NCBI GenBank assembly: GCA_951406725.2
Contig: OX597832.1
Span: 64,914,001-64,978,000, forward strand
Length of the DNA: 64,000 nt
Source of the DNA: Octopus vulgaris
Taxonomy: Eukaryota
Reading direction: 5' to 3'
The notes beneath the pieces are model-generated. The model did not search any database. It worked only from the letters and a program-made list of their open reading frames with translations, and was not told where the DNA came from. Each line of letters opens with the position of its first letter. The first letter of the stretch is position 1. Shown piece after piece: positions 54,130 through 64,000 of this stretch. The translations under genes and the position numbers were made by a program.

Positions 54130-55230
54130 TCACTAAGCCCCCAACGCTACTTTTCTCTAGTTCCCGTCTCAACCAAGAGCTATCATCACCAAAATCCTTC
54201 GACCTTTCATATGAAGAGACTTCGCGCCACTTTAGTAAACGGAGATAAGGACCGTCCTTCCGTTTTTTATTTTTTAGTGGATCCAGTTCCGCACATAGCA
54301 GGTCTTTGGGAGAATTACCTATCTGACATGTTGTGTGTGTGATTCTACTAGCGAGGACCTCATTGTTGCAGTACGGCGGGGAGAAACGGTATTTGGGCAC
54401 AAGTCAGCCCCGTAAAGGTTGTAACTCGGCCAGTCCAGTTCATATTCCTACTGTATACCTTACCAGGCTGCGTAGGTCGAAGAGTCGAGACATAGTGCAT
54501 ATTTGGAGTAGATAGATACTCCAGAGTTCACTGTCATAAAGCATTGTGCCAGAAAAATAACCTCCATAGATCACAACCTTTGCGTGCATCATTTATTGTT
54601 TTCTCAGTCACTCATTGCCAATCTATCTTGATTCGTGGCTTCTGTTGCAATACAATGTTTGATATCAGATTCTTGATAGCCGATGTCTGAGATGACAGGG
54701 TTGAAGTAAGGAAACTCGTTGACTACCTCCTGTTTATATTTGTTGGGGATAATTGCAGAGGAGTGTTCTATAACTTAGCAAAGCATCTTTGTCTTATTCA
54801 GACTGATTATGGACCCCAGGTTTTGAAGGACTTTTTTGAGACTGCGCATGAGGCGTTGCAGTTGCTCCCCCTCCAGTGTGTGTGTCGCCAATGTCATAAT
54901 CTGTAAATGTTAGGTCTCTGATGAGTACTTTGATTTCATCTTCAGTCTAATCTCCTGTGTAGATAAGCGCCACTGGTCGATGTTATGCGCGCTTTAGCAT
55001 GACACCGAAAATGCCTTATAGGCTGTGGGCAAGGACACAACTCTCTTTCGCTCCACTACAAATGGTGAAGGATTCTGAGAAATGACCATCAACGTGAATG
55101 ACACCTTTCATGTCTGTGTGTAACGAGTGAACACTCGTGAATAACTATTAAGGCTACCCTGTTCAAAATCCCTGAAAAGTAGTTTGAACAGGTTTTAGTA
55201 AGGTCAATGAAAGCGACACAAAGTGATTGT
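54130..55230 (-). mobile_element. Decayed RTE-clade (BovB-like) LINE, RT and C-terminal region
   Basis: Minus-strand fragments in order: CVAFIDLTK, VVNEFPYF..ISD, TMLYDSELWS, NNEVLASR, PKDLLCAEL..GPYLR. Confidence 0.75.
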
Positions 55231-56634
55231 GCTTGCACCTTCTATATTTTGTAATACACCGTTAGAAAAAAACTATGCGAAATATCTTACATAATATTTG
55301 TTAATAATGATTATATATATCAACCTGATTGCAACATTTATACTTCCTGTGTGAACCATGTCAATAGAAATTTGCTGAAAATCTAGTTGTATATATTGAT
55401 GTTGGGCAAGTGGAACGAAGTGTGTTCTGAGCGTGGCTTGGTTATAAACGTAAACATCGTTTAATGAAATGGCTTGTACTGGCTCGTTGGTTTTAATTTC
55501 AATAATAATTTATAGGTTGTATTTATTTATGTCCTGTATCATAACGGTTCGATAAACTAAAGAACTAAAAACATATAAAGGTTGAGCCCCAGCATGGCCA
55601 CAGTTCAATAACAAACCAATAAATGAATAGACATTTTATAAAATACTTATACTTGTGCGTGTGTGAGTTTTATAAAGTCTATGTTTATTAAAAAGAAATA
55701 GAATTCCATTTGTTATATGTATGAGGATGTGAACTCCTGCTTCGTGTGTAAGAATATTTTCTTTGTGATATTTTACGAAAATATGACTTATGAATATCAA
55801 AAGAAATTCTGAAGTTTTAAACAAAACTATGAAGGGAAAGCAAATTCATACGAAGTAACTTTGAAATAATACATATAAAATTGCTCGAATGTTAGACATT
55901 TATTCTTCCCACAACGACTAAAATGAATTATATTTTCTTAGTCATATGATGTTTAAAGAAAAATAATGTTCGAACACACAAGTATACTAAGATACTAGTG
56001 TGTGTGCTGTATAGAAATTTATATTCACGCACCCAGTAAAAATACTTTAAATTTGATTCAGAAGAAGGGATCTAGGAATTCCTGTAATTTATTGTATACA
56101 TTTATAGAAGAGAGAATATGTATGGTACTCTTCGGTCGAGTTAGGACACCGATGTGAATTAGGTTTTCATGTAAGATATTGTAAATATTTATGCGAAATA
56201 GGTCACTTATGAAACACTACTATTCACGGTCTGCTTAAGATACTTGTATGAATAAAATGTAAAGTATCTCCTTTCAGAGATTTAGATAGCAATTAGGAGC
56301 AAGCAGTATCAAAAAAGAAAAATAGTAGGATATAAGCCAACAAATATATGTTAATTATAGTTCCTTAATTTTATCAGAAGGAAATTGAGAAAAAATAATT
56401 AGATTTTACCCAAAGAGCAAGCGTAATTTGAACACTGATCTTCATAACATAATTTAGTAGCATTAAAATTGAATGAAAGAAAAAATAAATAAAAGAATAT
56501 TTAAGGAAACAAAAATACTTAAGCAACAGAATGTTTAAAGAAATAAGGAATGGTATAAAATTCATATTTAAAACTCAAAATGAAATTGAGAACACCATAT
56601 ACTCACCTTTCAAAACGGTAAAGCTATAACTGTA

Positions 56635-57037
56635 AAGGCGGCGAGCTGGCAGAATCGTTAGCACGTCGGGCGAAATGCTTAGCGGTATTTCGGCTGCCGT
56701 AACGTTGTAAGTTCAAGTTCCGCCGAGGTCGACTTTGCCTTTCATCCTTTTGGGGTCGATTAAATAAGTACCAGTTACGCACTGGGGTCGATATAATCGA
56801 CTTAATCCGTTTGTCCTTGTTTGTCCTCTCTGTGTTTAGCCCCTTGTGGGTAGTAAAGAAATAGGTATTTCGGCTGCCGTAACGTTGTAAGTTCAAGTTC
56901 CGCCGAGGTCGACTTTGCCTTTCATCCTTTTGGGGTCGATAAATTAAGTATCAGTTACGCACTGGGGTCGATGTAATCGACTTAATACCTATGTTTGTCC
57001 CCTCTATGTTTAGCCCCTTGTGTGTAATAAAGAAATA
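56635..57037 (+). mobile_element. SINE family B dimer with a perfect 18-bp target-site duplication
   Basis: ggtaaagctataactgta at 56617-56634 and 57038-57055, enclosing a head plus two body units. Confidence 0.95.
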
Positions 57038-57304
57038 GGTAAAGCTATAACTGTACACTTTTCTTCTTACATATTACCATGGGAGTCGAGATTTTTTAAA
57101 TGAAAGAGTGAAACAGTCTTTGCTTTGAAAAAAGACGATCCAGTACCAAATGTTCTCTTTCATAATCTGCAGTTTAAAACTGTTTCAATATCACCGTTCC
57201 GATAATTTCCAACCAGCCAATAGAATTCTTTGTTTCAAATGCTATTTAGTAAATTTACCTAGCATTTAGCTACACAAATACTGAGTTCTGGTACATTACC
57301 TTAT

Positions 57305-57385
57305 AGGTCCGATGAAGTTATAAGGTAACGTACAACTATTCAGACCTTAGGGAACTGTACCTTAGAATAGAAACAGGTATAAGCT
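57305..57385 (+). ncRNA. Decayed/variant minimal hammerhead
   Basis: aggt CCGATGA a gttataaggta...taccttagaat a GAAAC AGGT ATA agct. Confidence 0.55.
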
Positions 57386-57654
57386 GATGAAGTCCGTCGC
57401 ATACTACATATAACAACACCTCTCCCGAGCATATTTCCATTGTTTTCAAATTTCAACATTACTGTTATATATGGTTCATATATATTCACATATATGCTGT
57501 TGCATATATATATATATATATATATGTATGAATATATATATATATATATATATGCTATATATATATATGCTGTTGTATATATATATAAGAATTTTTTGCG
57601 TAATGAGATAAAAAACCAAGGCTGTGTAGATATTAGAACATTTATAGATATATG

Positions 57655-57706
57655 GTCTTACAGCTATTTCCAGGATATTTATTAATTATATCCCTTCATC
57701 GGAGAC
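57655..57706 (-). ncRNA. Variant minimal hammerhead with CCGATGA core, stems pairing
   Basis: Minus strand reads gtct CCGATGA a gggatat aattaataa atatcct g GAAAT AGCT GTA agac. Stem I is gtct/agac and stem II is 7 bp. Confidence 0.7.
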
Positions 57707-58510
57707 GGTGTGAGAGGATGGTTAAGTCAAAGTCAGTTTAGTTGTGATACAAAATAGAGAGTGAAGTGGAGGAAAGAAAATAGATGCTAGATATGTATGG
57801 ATAGTGAAGTTGTAAGTCCATTTTTTAGGCAGAATGGTATATATGTAATATTCCAATACCCTATGAGTAAAGTCCAAAGACCCAATATATATATGTCTTG
57901 ACACAAAGGCGTAAAGCAACATGCAACGCTGGTGTTTGTACTGAGTATATCTGCTCGACTTCTTGATTACAGAGGCCAAATCTCTTTGTAGTCTTCATAG
58001 ATAAATTTCTCATTGGACAGTTTCACACACACATACACACACACACAGTAAGAGAGAAAGAGAGTGAGAGAGACACACACAGACACAAATAAAAGGGAAG
58101 ATACAAAAACAATTTTATTGACGGTGCTGGACGAGGGGTGACGTGAGAATAATACAGAAAGAACTGCCCGGAAATCTTTCTATACTCATACATAAAACGT
58201 ACGTTCCCAGTACGGTACTGTTTTCATATTCTTGGACAATAGGATCGGTTACTTGGTTTCCATAGCGTATAAATGGCAAAGACCACAACGCTACCCGCGA
58301 AAAGGACGACAGTTCCTTGCATGGCTGCTCATCTTTACCTGAGTGGACCGGAGCAACGTCAAATGGAGTGCTTTGCTCAAGAACGCAAAGCACTGCTCTG
58401 TCCAGTGATCGAAACCGTAATCTTAATGCAAATAATACATGAATATATGATTACAGTACACTCCCTCAAAAAAAAAAACAAAAAAAAACTTGCATGTTGT
58501 CTGAATAGGA

Positions 58511-59181
58511 TGTAATTTGGTCCCCTACGTCCTGACAAATGGTAAGCCTCACACTGACTCTTGATCTCGTCAGGCTAAGACATACGACCAATGCGACATC
58601 AACACAATCACTGACCTTTTATTACACAGCCAGATAATATTCCATTGCCCTGTACTGTAATTATTTAACCTCAATTGTGAGTCTCAGAAGAAAATATACA
58701 CACGAGTATCATTCACACACTTGGGACGGTATTCTTGTTAAAAATACAAACATACAGACACTTCATTCAAATAAAAACCGCTCCTCTGATTTATAAGTAT
58801 TTGCTCACCATGACACACTGGCTTCAGTTACACACATGTACTGGGTCAGATCTCTCGACCATTTCTACTGCAGATACATAGCCTCCCAAGAACGGAGCTC
58901 AGAGAAGACCCTGTCTCACGTCAGGTGAAATCCATTTCACCTCTTATCATCGCACATATTCAGGTGAAATCCATTTCACCTCTTATCATCGCACATATTA
59001 TTTCCGCTTCCCAAGTAGACATCACTAATCACTATACCTAACCCCTCATCCCAAGATGCTCAGCAAAGGATTCTCCTGCAGCTGTTTACTTGAAACTTTT
59101 CCAGAATAACAGAAATTCCGTTACATGGTCGGCCTAAGGAACTGTGTGGACTATAGGCACATCCTCAAATCCCAGGTTCAC
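58511..59181 (-). mobile_element. Possible solo LTR
   Basis: Minus strand starts TGTGAACC and ends ..AATTACA, with AATAAA ~105 nt from the end. No convincing TSD. Confidence 0.3.
58921..58998. repeat. Exact 39-bp tandem duplication containing a near-palindrome
   Basis: tcaggtgaaatccatttcacctcttatcatcgcacatat twice; aggtgaaat-cc-atttcacct is self-complementary. Confidence 0.97.
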
Positions 59182-59363
59182 AAAAGGGAAAAAAAAACAA
59201 CCCTAAATATATAGAAAATGCACGTATGTGTGTACGTTTGTGTGCGCGTGAGTTTGTATGTGTACACACTAACACACACACATAGTGAGAGAAAACGGGA
59301 GAAGAAAGTATATATATATACACATACATATAATATACCTCCGCATAGATCACATATATATAC

Positions 59364-59412
<49 letters not shown>

Positions 59413-59517
59413 CATATACACATATATATGCATATGCTCGCATATATATTTGTATACATGTATGTAAGCATGTATATATGCACCTACACTCAGAAACATT
59501 AAATTTATTCTAATTGT

Positions 59518-59556
<39 letters not shown>

Positions 59557-59759
59557 TACACACATGTGTGTGTTGCATGTATTTATATATAAATATATAT
59601 ATATTCATGTATCTGTGTGTGTATGTGTCCGTGTTTTTATGTATGTATCTGTGCCTGCGTTTGTGTGTGTACCTCTGCATCGTACGTGGTCTGAGACTCT
59701 AAAGCAATTTTATTATATCCTTGCTGGAATACACAATGCTATTTTTGCTGTAATTTCTA

Positions 59760-60140
59760 TATGAAAGAATCTATTGATATTTTTCTTAAACATTTCTATA
59801 AAAATATAAAAAAATCCAATCTTTTCATTCATCTCTCTTAATCCCAGCTGTCATTTTCAAGAACCTGTTATTAAATTGCTTAAGCGTGGTTCCTTCTTTT
59901 GATGATATCAATGAAAAAAGTGTAACATACAAAGCGATGGTGTTACGATGGGGTTTCCATTTGACCTAGAGTTCACTGATTTCATCATAGCCGAGCAAGA
60001 AAGAAATTTGTACACGTCTAAAATACACATAAAGCATCATTCATAATAATAAAAACAAAATATTTCGGCACATAAATGACAGTTTTCTATTTGCGAAATA
60101 TATAACGGATGGATGCTCAAAAAGTAGAAAAATCCTTGAA
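59760..60140 (+). pseudogene. Penelope-like reverse transcriptase remnant
   Basis: QSDGVTMGFPFDLEFTDFIIAEQE from 59930 (~QxDGVAMGSPLGPxxANxxMxxLE), followed by IFRHINDSF (~YxRYVDDxF). Confidence 0.65.
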
Positions 60141-60279
60141 AATGCTTTGGTAGTCGGTTATGGCTGTTTATGATGTTGATGTTGTTGCTATTGTTGTTGA
60201 CGGGGTTGTTGCTCTTTAGTCATTACCAATCGAACAAATCAATATTCATAGTATTCTAGTCATGACCATCGTTCTTCAA

Positions 60280-60325
60280 ATATATATATATATGTGTGTG
60301 TGCATATATTTGTATATATGTATAT

Positions 60326-60392
<67 letters not shown>

Positions 60393-60793
60393 TATATGTA
60401 TATATATATATATATGGATATATGTATGTATATATATGTATATATATATGTATATATATATATATATATATGTATATGTATATATATATATATGTATATA
60501 TATATCTATGTATATATATATCTATATATATATCTATGTATATATATATATATACATATATATGTATATATATATATATATCTACATATATATGTATATA
60601 TATGTGTATATATATATGTATATCTATATGTATATATATATATACATATGTATATATATATGCATATATGTATATCTCTATATGTATATATATATATATA
60701 TGTATATGTATATCTGTATATATATATATATGTATATGTGTAGCTGTATATATATATGTATATGTATATATGTATATAGATATATGTATACAC

Positions 60794-60832
<39 letters not shown>
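60280..60832. repeat. Long degenerate (TA)n tract with G/C interruptions
   Basis: Directly visible. Confidence 0.97.
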
Positions 60833-60835
<3 letters not shown>

Positions 60836-61129
60836 CACTCTATCAGCTGTGTAGTTTAAGAACTGTTGATTACTCTGTCTAGCACTGCAAGCCATCATGT
60901 ATATGTTATTTTCCTTTGGTTTGCTGGTAGCTGGCCATTTTATTCTCCGTACAATTCTTTAACAGATATTAGATGAATATAAATTCGACAATTCATTCAA
61001 ATCTTCCTGGCGATGAAATTCTTCTTTTTAGCAGTTATTTGAATGTTAAAGGTTCTGTAAATCCTTTTTCTGTGGATATAATTTATAGTACCTTTGGAAT
61101 TTAGTCCACACAATGCCATTAATGACATA

Positions 61130-63500
61130 GACCATAGTACGTGACTGGTACTTTAGCGTGTCGTTTCCGAAAAGGTGAAATGCAGACTAGCCATCGGTGA
61201 GATTTGACTTGAAAAAAATCAAAGGTCGGAAGAAATATCGCAAAGCATTTATCCTGGCACCTTTACGATTCATCCAGTTCTCTTTATTTTTTAAATATAA
61301 TTAATAACCCTTTCTACTCTAGACGCGAAGCCTGATATTTTGGGGGAGGGGCTGTTCGATTTCATCGATCCTAGTAATCATCTTGTACGTATTTTGTCGA
61401 TCCTGAAACGATGGAAGGCAAAGCCAACCTCGGTGGAATTTGCATTCAGAACATAAAAACAAACAAAATGCGGTTAATCATTTTGTTCGGCGTGCTAACG
61501 GTTCGGCCGTTTTGCTTTAATATAATTAATAATGGTCTCCTAGGCACAAGGCCAATAATATTGATAGTAAAAGATTATCGATATCATCAATCCCAGCACT
61601 TGACTGCCACGTTATACTATCCATCATGGAATTATGAAAGGCAAATCAGACGCCAGCAGGATTTGAACTCAAAATGTTATGGTTAAGAAGAAATACAGCA
61701 AGTCAATTCGTCCGATGCTAAAAATATTCTACCCACTCGCATCAAGTTTGTATATTGGGGACGTGTTTAGTCGATGGCCACGACTACAGTCGTTGCCTGG
61801 TAATCAATTTTAGAGATTTCAGAACAGAAAATGAAGGGCATATTGACTGTAGGATCTGGACGCCGTGATTTCAAATCCGACCGAAGTTAACGTTATCAGA
61901 ATATCGTTATCACGTTGGGCAAAATGCTTAGCAACACTTCGTCCTTTTTTCAAGTTCTGAGTTCAAATTCCATTGAGGTCGGCTTTGCCTTTCATCCTTT
62001 CGGGATCGATAAAATCTGTACTAATTGACAGCTGGTATCGATCTAATCGACTTACCCACTCCCCGAAATTGCTGGCCTTCTACCAAAATTTGAAACCATT
62101 ATTTATTTAAAGTACCAGACTTAAAAGAGCAAGTACCAGGGTATATTTTCTTTCAATAAATCCATAAAGGTGGTACTCCAGCATGGCCACGCCCCAGTGA
62201 TTGAAAGAGAAAAAAGGATAACAGAAAATAATACAGGTTTCACTAATATTGGTTTCAAATTTTGGCTCAAAGCCAACGATTTCGAGGGGGGGGGGGGAGG
62301 GTGTGAGTCGATTACATCGACCCATTTCAACTGGTACGTAATTTCATTTACACAGAAAAGATGAAGGGTACAGGAATTTGAACCCAGAATGACAAGAAGG
62401 ATGGAATTCCGCTATGCATTTGCCAACGTGTTCACGATTCTGATTCTGCAAGTTCCACGACTTAGAATGTCACTGAGATTAGCTAGAATGATGGCAACGA
62501 GCTGGCAGGGTCGTTAGCACGCCGGGTGGAATACTAAGCAGCATTTCGTTTGTCCTCAGTTACTGAGTTCACACTCCGCCGAGGTCCATTGCACCGTCCA
62601 TCCTTTCGGGGTCGATAAAATAAATACTAGTTGAGTACTGGGGGGGGGGGGGCTATGTAATGGACTTACCTCCTTCTCTCGAAACTGCTAGCCTTATGCC
62701 AAAATTGGAAATCAATATTAGCTGGAATGAGTGTTTTTAATCATTGATCCTATCACTCAAGCCCTATCTGGGTTTTCGTACAAAACTAATAAAGTGATGG
62801 AATACCTTTTCAGAATTGATCAGGGTGTAAAGGATAAAGGCAATAACAAATCACAATTGTGGAATTGTTGATCGATGCGTTACACATACAGATAAAAATA
62901 CCTGTCATTCAGTTAAGAGAAGACAACTGAAACCAGAGTTAGACTCCATTGCCTTGAAACGGACGGTTAGAATATGAATGAAATAGTGCTACACATGATT
63001 ACGCCTGACTAGAAAGTTTCAAGACTGCATAATACGGAAGCAGCGAGAAAAAAAAGCTACCACCACCACCAACAACAACAACACCACCACCACCACCACT
63101 ACTACTTACTACTACTTATTATTATTATTATTATTATTATTACCAAGGCAGCGAGCTGGCTTAATCGTTAGCAGGCCGGGCAAAATGCTTAGCGGCATTT
63201 CGTCCGTCTTTATGTTCCGAGTTCAAATTCCGTCAAGGTCGACTTTGCCATTCATCCTTCTGGGGTTGATAAATTAAGTATCAGTGAAACACTCGGTCGA
63301 CTAGTCCCCCACCCACCCACCCACTCACCCGCAGAAAATTTCAGGCCTTGTACTTATAATTATAATAAACCTTTCTGTATAGGCAGAAGTCAAGCAATTT
63401 TGGGATGTGGACGCATTTTCTTCAACCTCAGTATACAGCTGGTACTTATTTCATCGCCCCTGAAGACAAAAGTCTTCCCCGGCAAATTTTGATATAACAA
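61130..63500. mobile_element. Cluster of at least seven SINE B copies in both orientations
   Basis: Minus: ~61130-61280, 61310-61510, 61540-61740, 62245-62462. Plus: ~61900-62105, 62492-62720, 63144-63360. All share the gcctttcatcctttcggggtcgataaa-type core. Confidence 0.85.
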
Positions 63501-63805
63501 CAGTTCTATCATTTCGAGCGTTAATGTACAAATTCCTTTTTTGGTTCTTCCTCTAAATCTGTAGAAATTCTTTGGAATTTTCGTTGGAATATCTTCGCTT
63601 CATCCTAATATTTTATTAGAATATTTCGAAGAATTTCAGTATGACGTCCTATTGTTAGTTGTATTTGCTTTTAATCAATTATAATCAGTTTTAATTAAGT
63701 AGAATTTATTACTAGCTTAACAAAATCGTCTGGCTCTAGCAAATATGTTATTAATTAAAAGCTGATAATTCAAATCTTCGAAGCAGATATTTATAATGAG
63801 AATTA

Positions 63806-64000
63806 TTGGCACTCCGTCAGTTACGACGAAGAGTAAACCAGTTGGTAGGATCAACGGAATAGCCTGCTGCTCGGGAAATTAACGTGCAAGTGGCTGAGTA
63901 CGCCACAAACACGCTTACCCTTACCCAGTGTCATACAGAATGTGACAAAGTTGGCCCTTTGGATTACTGGTACAACTCATTTTTGCCGGCTGATTGGACC
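63806..64000 (-). mobile_element. SINE family C 3' part, running off the window
   Basis: tggcactccgtcagttacgacga..aaattaacgtgcaagtggctgag matches 37422-37620. Confidence 0.85.

Noticed and set aside
56607-57166. Exon-like minus-strand segment (ctgcAG acceptor, AAG|GTGAGT donor) interrupted by a SINE
   Set aside because: All three frames contain stops even after removing the SINE, and there is no other support.

Overview
This is an AT-rich, repeat-saturated eukaryotic window. The SINE families and the density of (TA)n/(CA)n/(CTAT)n/(AAT)n repeats suggest an Octopus (coleoid cephalopod) genome; that assignment is my inference. No complete protein-coding gene is recognisable, and almost all of the ORF track is microsatellite translation. 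Supported content: (i) many copies of three tRNA-headed SINE families (here A, B, C); (ii) decayed Tc1/mariner, pogo-like, hAT, RTE, R4/Dong-type and Penelope-like (PLE) elements; (iii) a candidate minus-strand gene start, consisting of a long 5'UTR-like exon ending at a GTAAGT donor (10746), a 428-nt GT-AG intron, and a second exon that may encode a signal peptide. The most interesting signal is a set of minimal 'short stem III' type I hammerhead ribozymes in PLE-like terminal fragments. One (3708-3803, +) has every catalytic-core base and all stems intact. About six others are decayed or variant, and three of them share a CCGAU(G/A)A core. Several sit next to (TA)n tracts and inverted duplications, including a 110-bp hairpin and a palindrome inserted into a ribozyme core. 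The ribozyme class is already known; only these instances and the recurrent core variant may be undescribed. All calls were made by eye, with no database searches.
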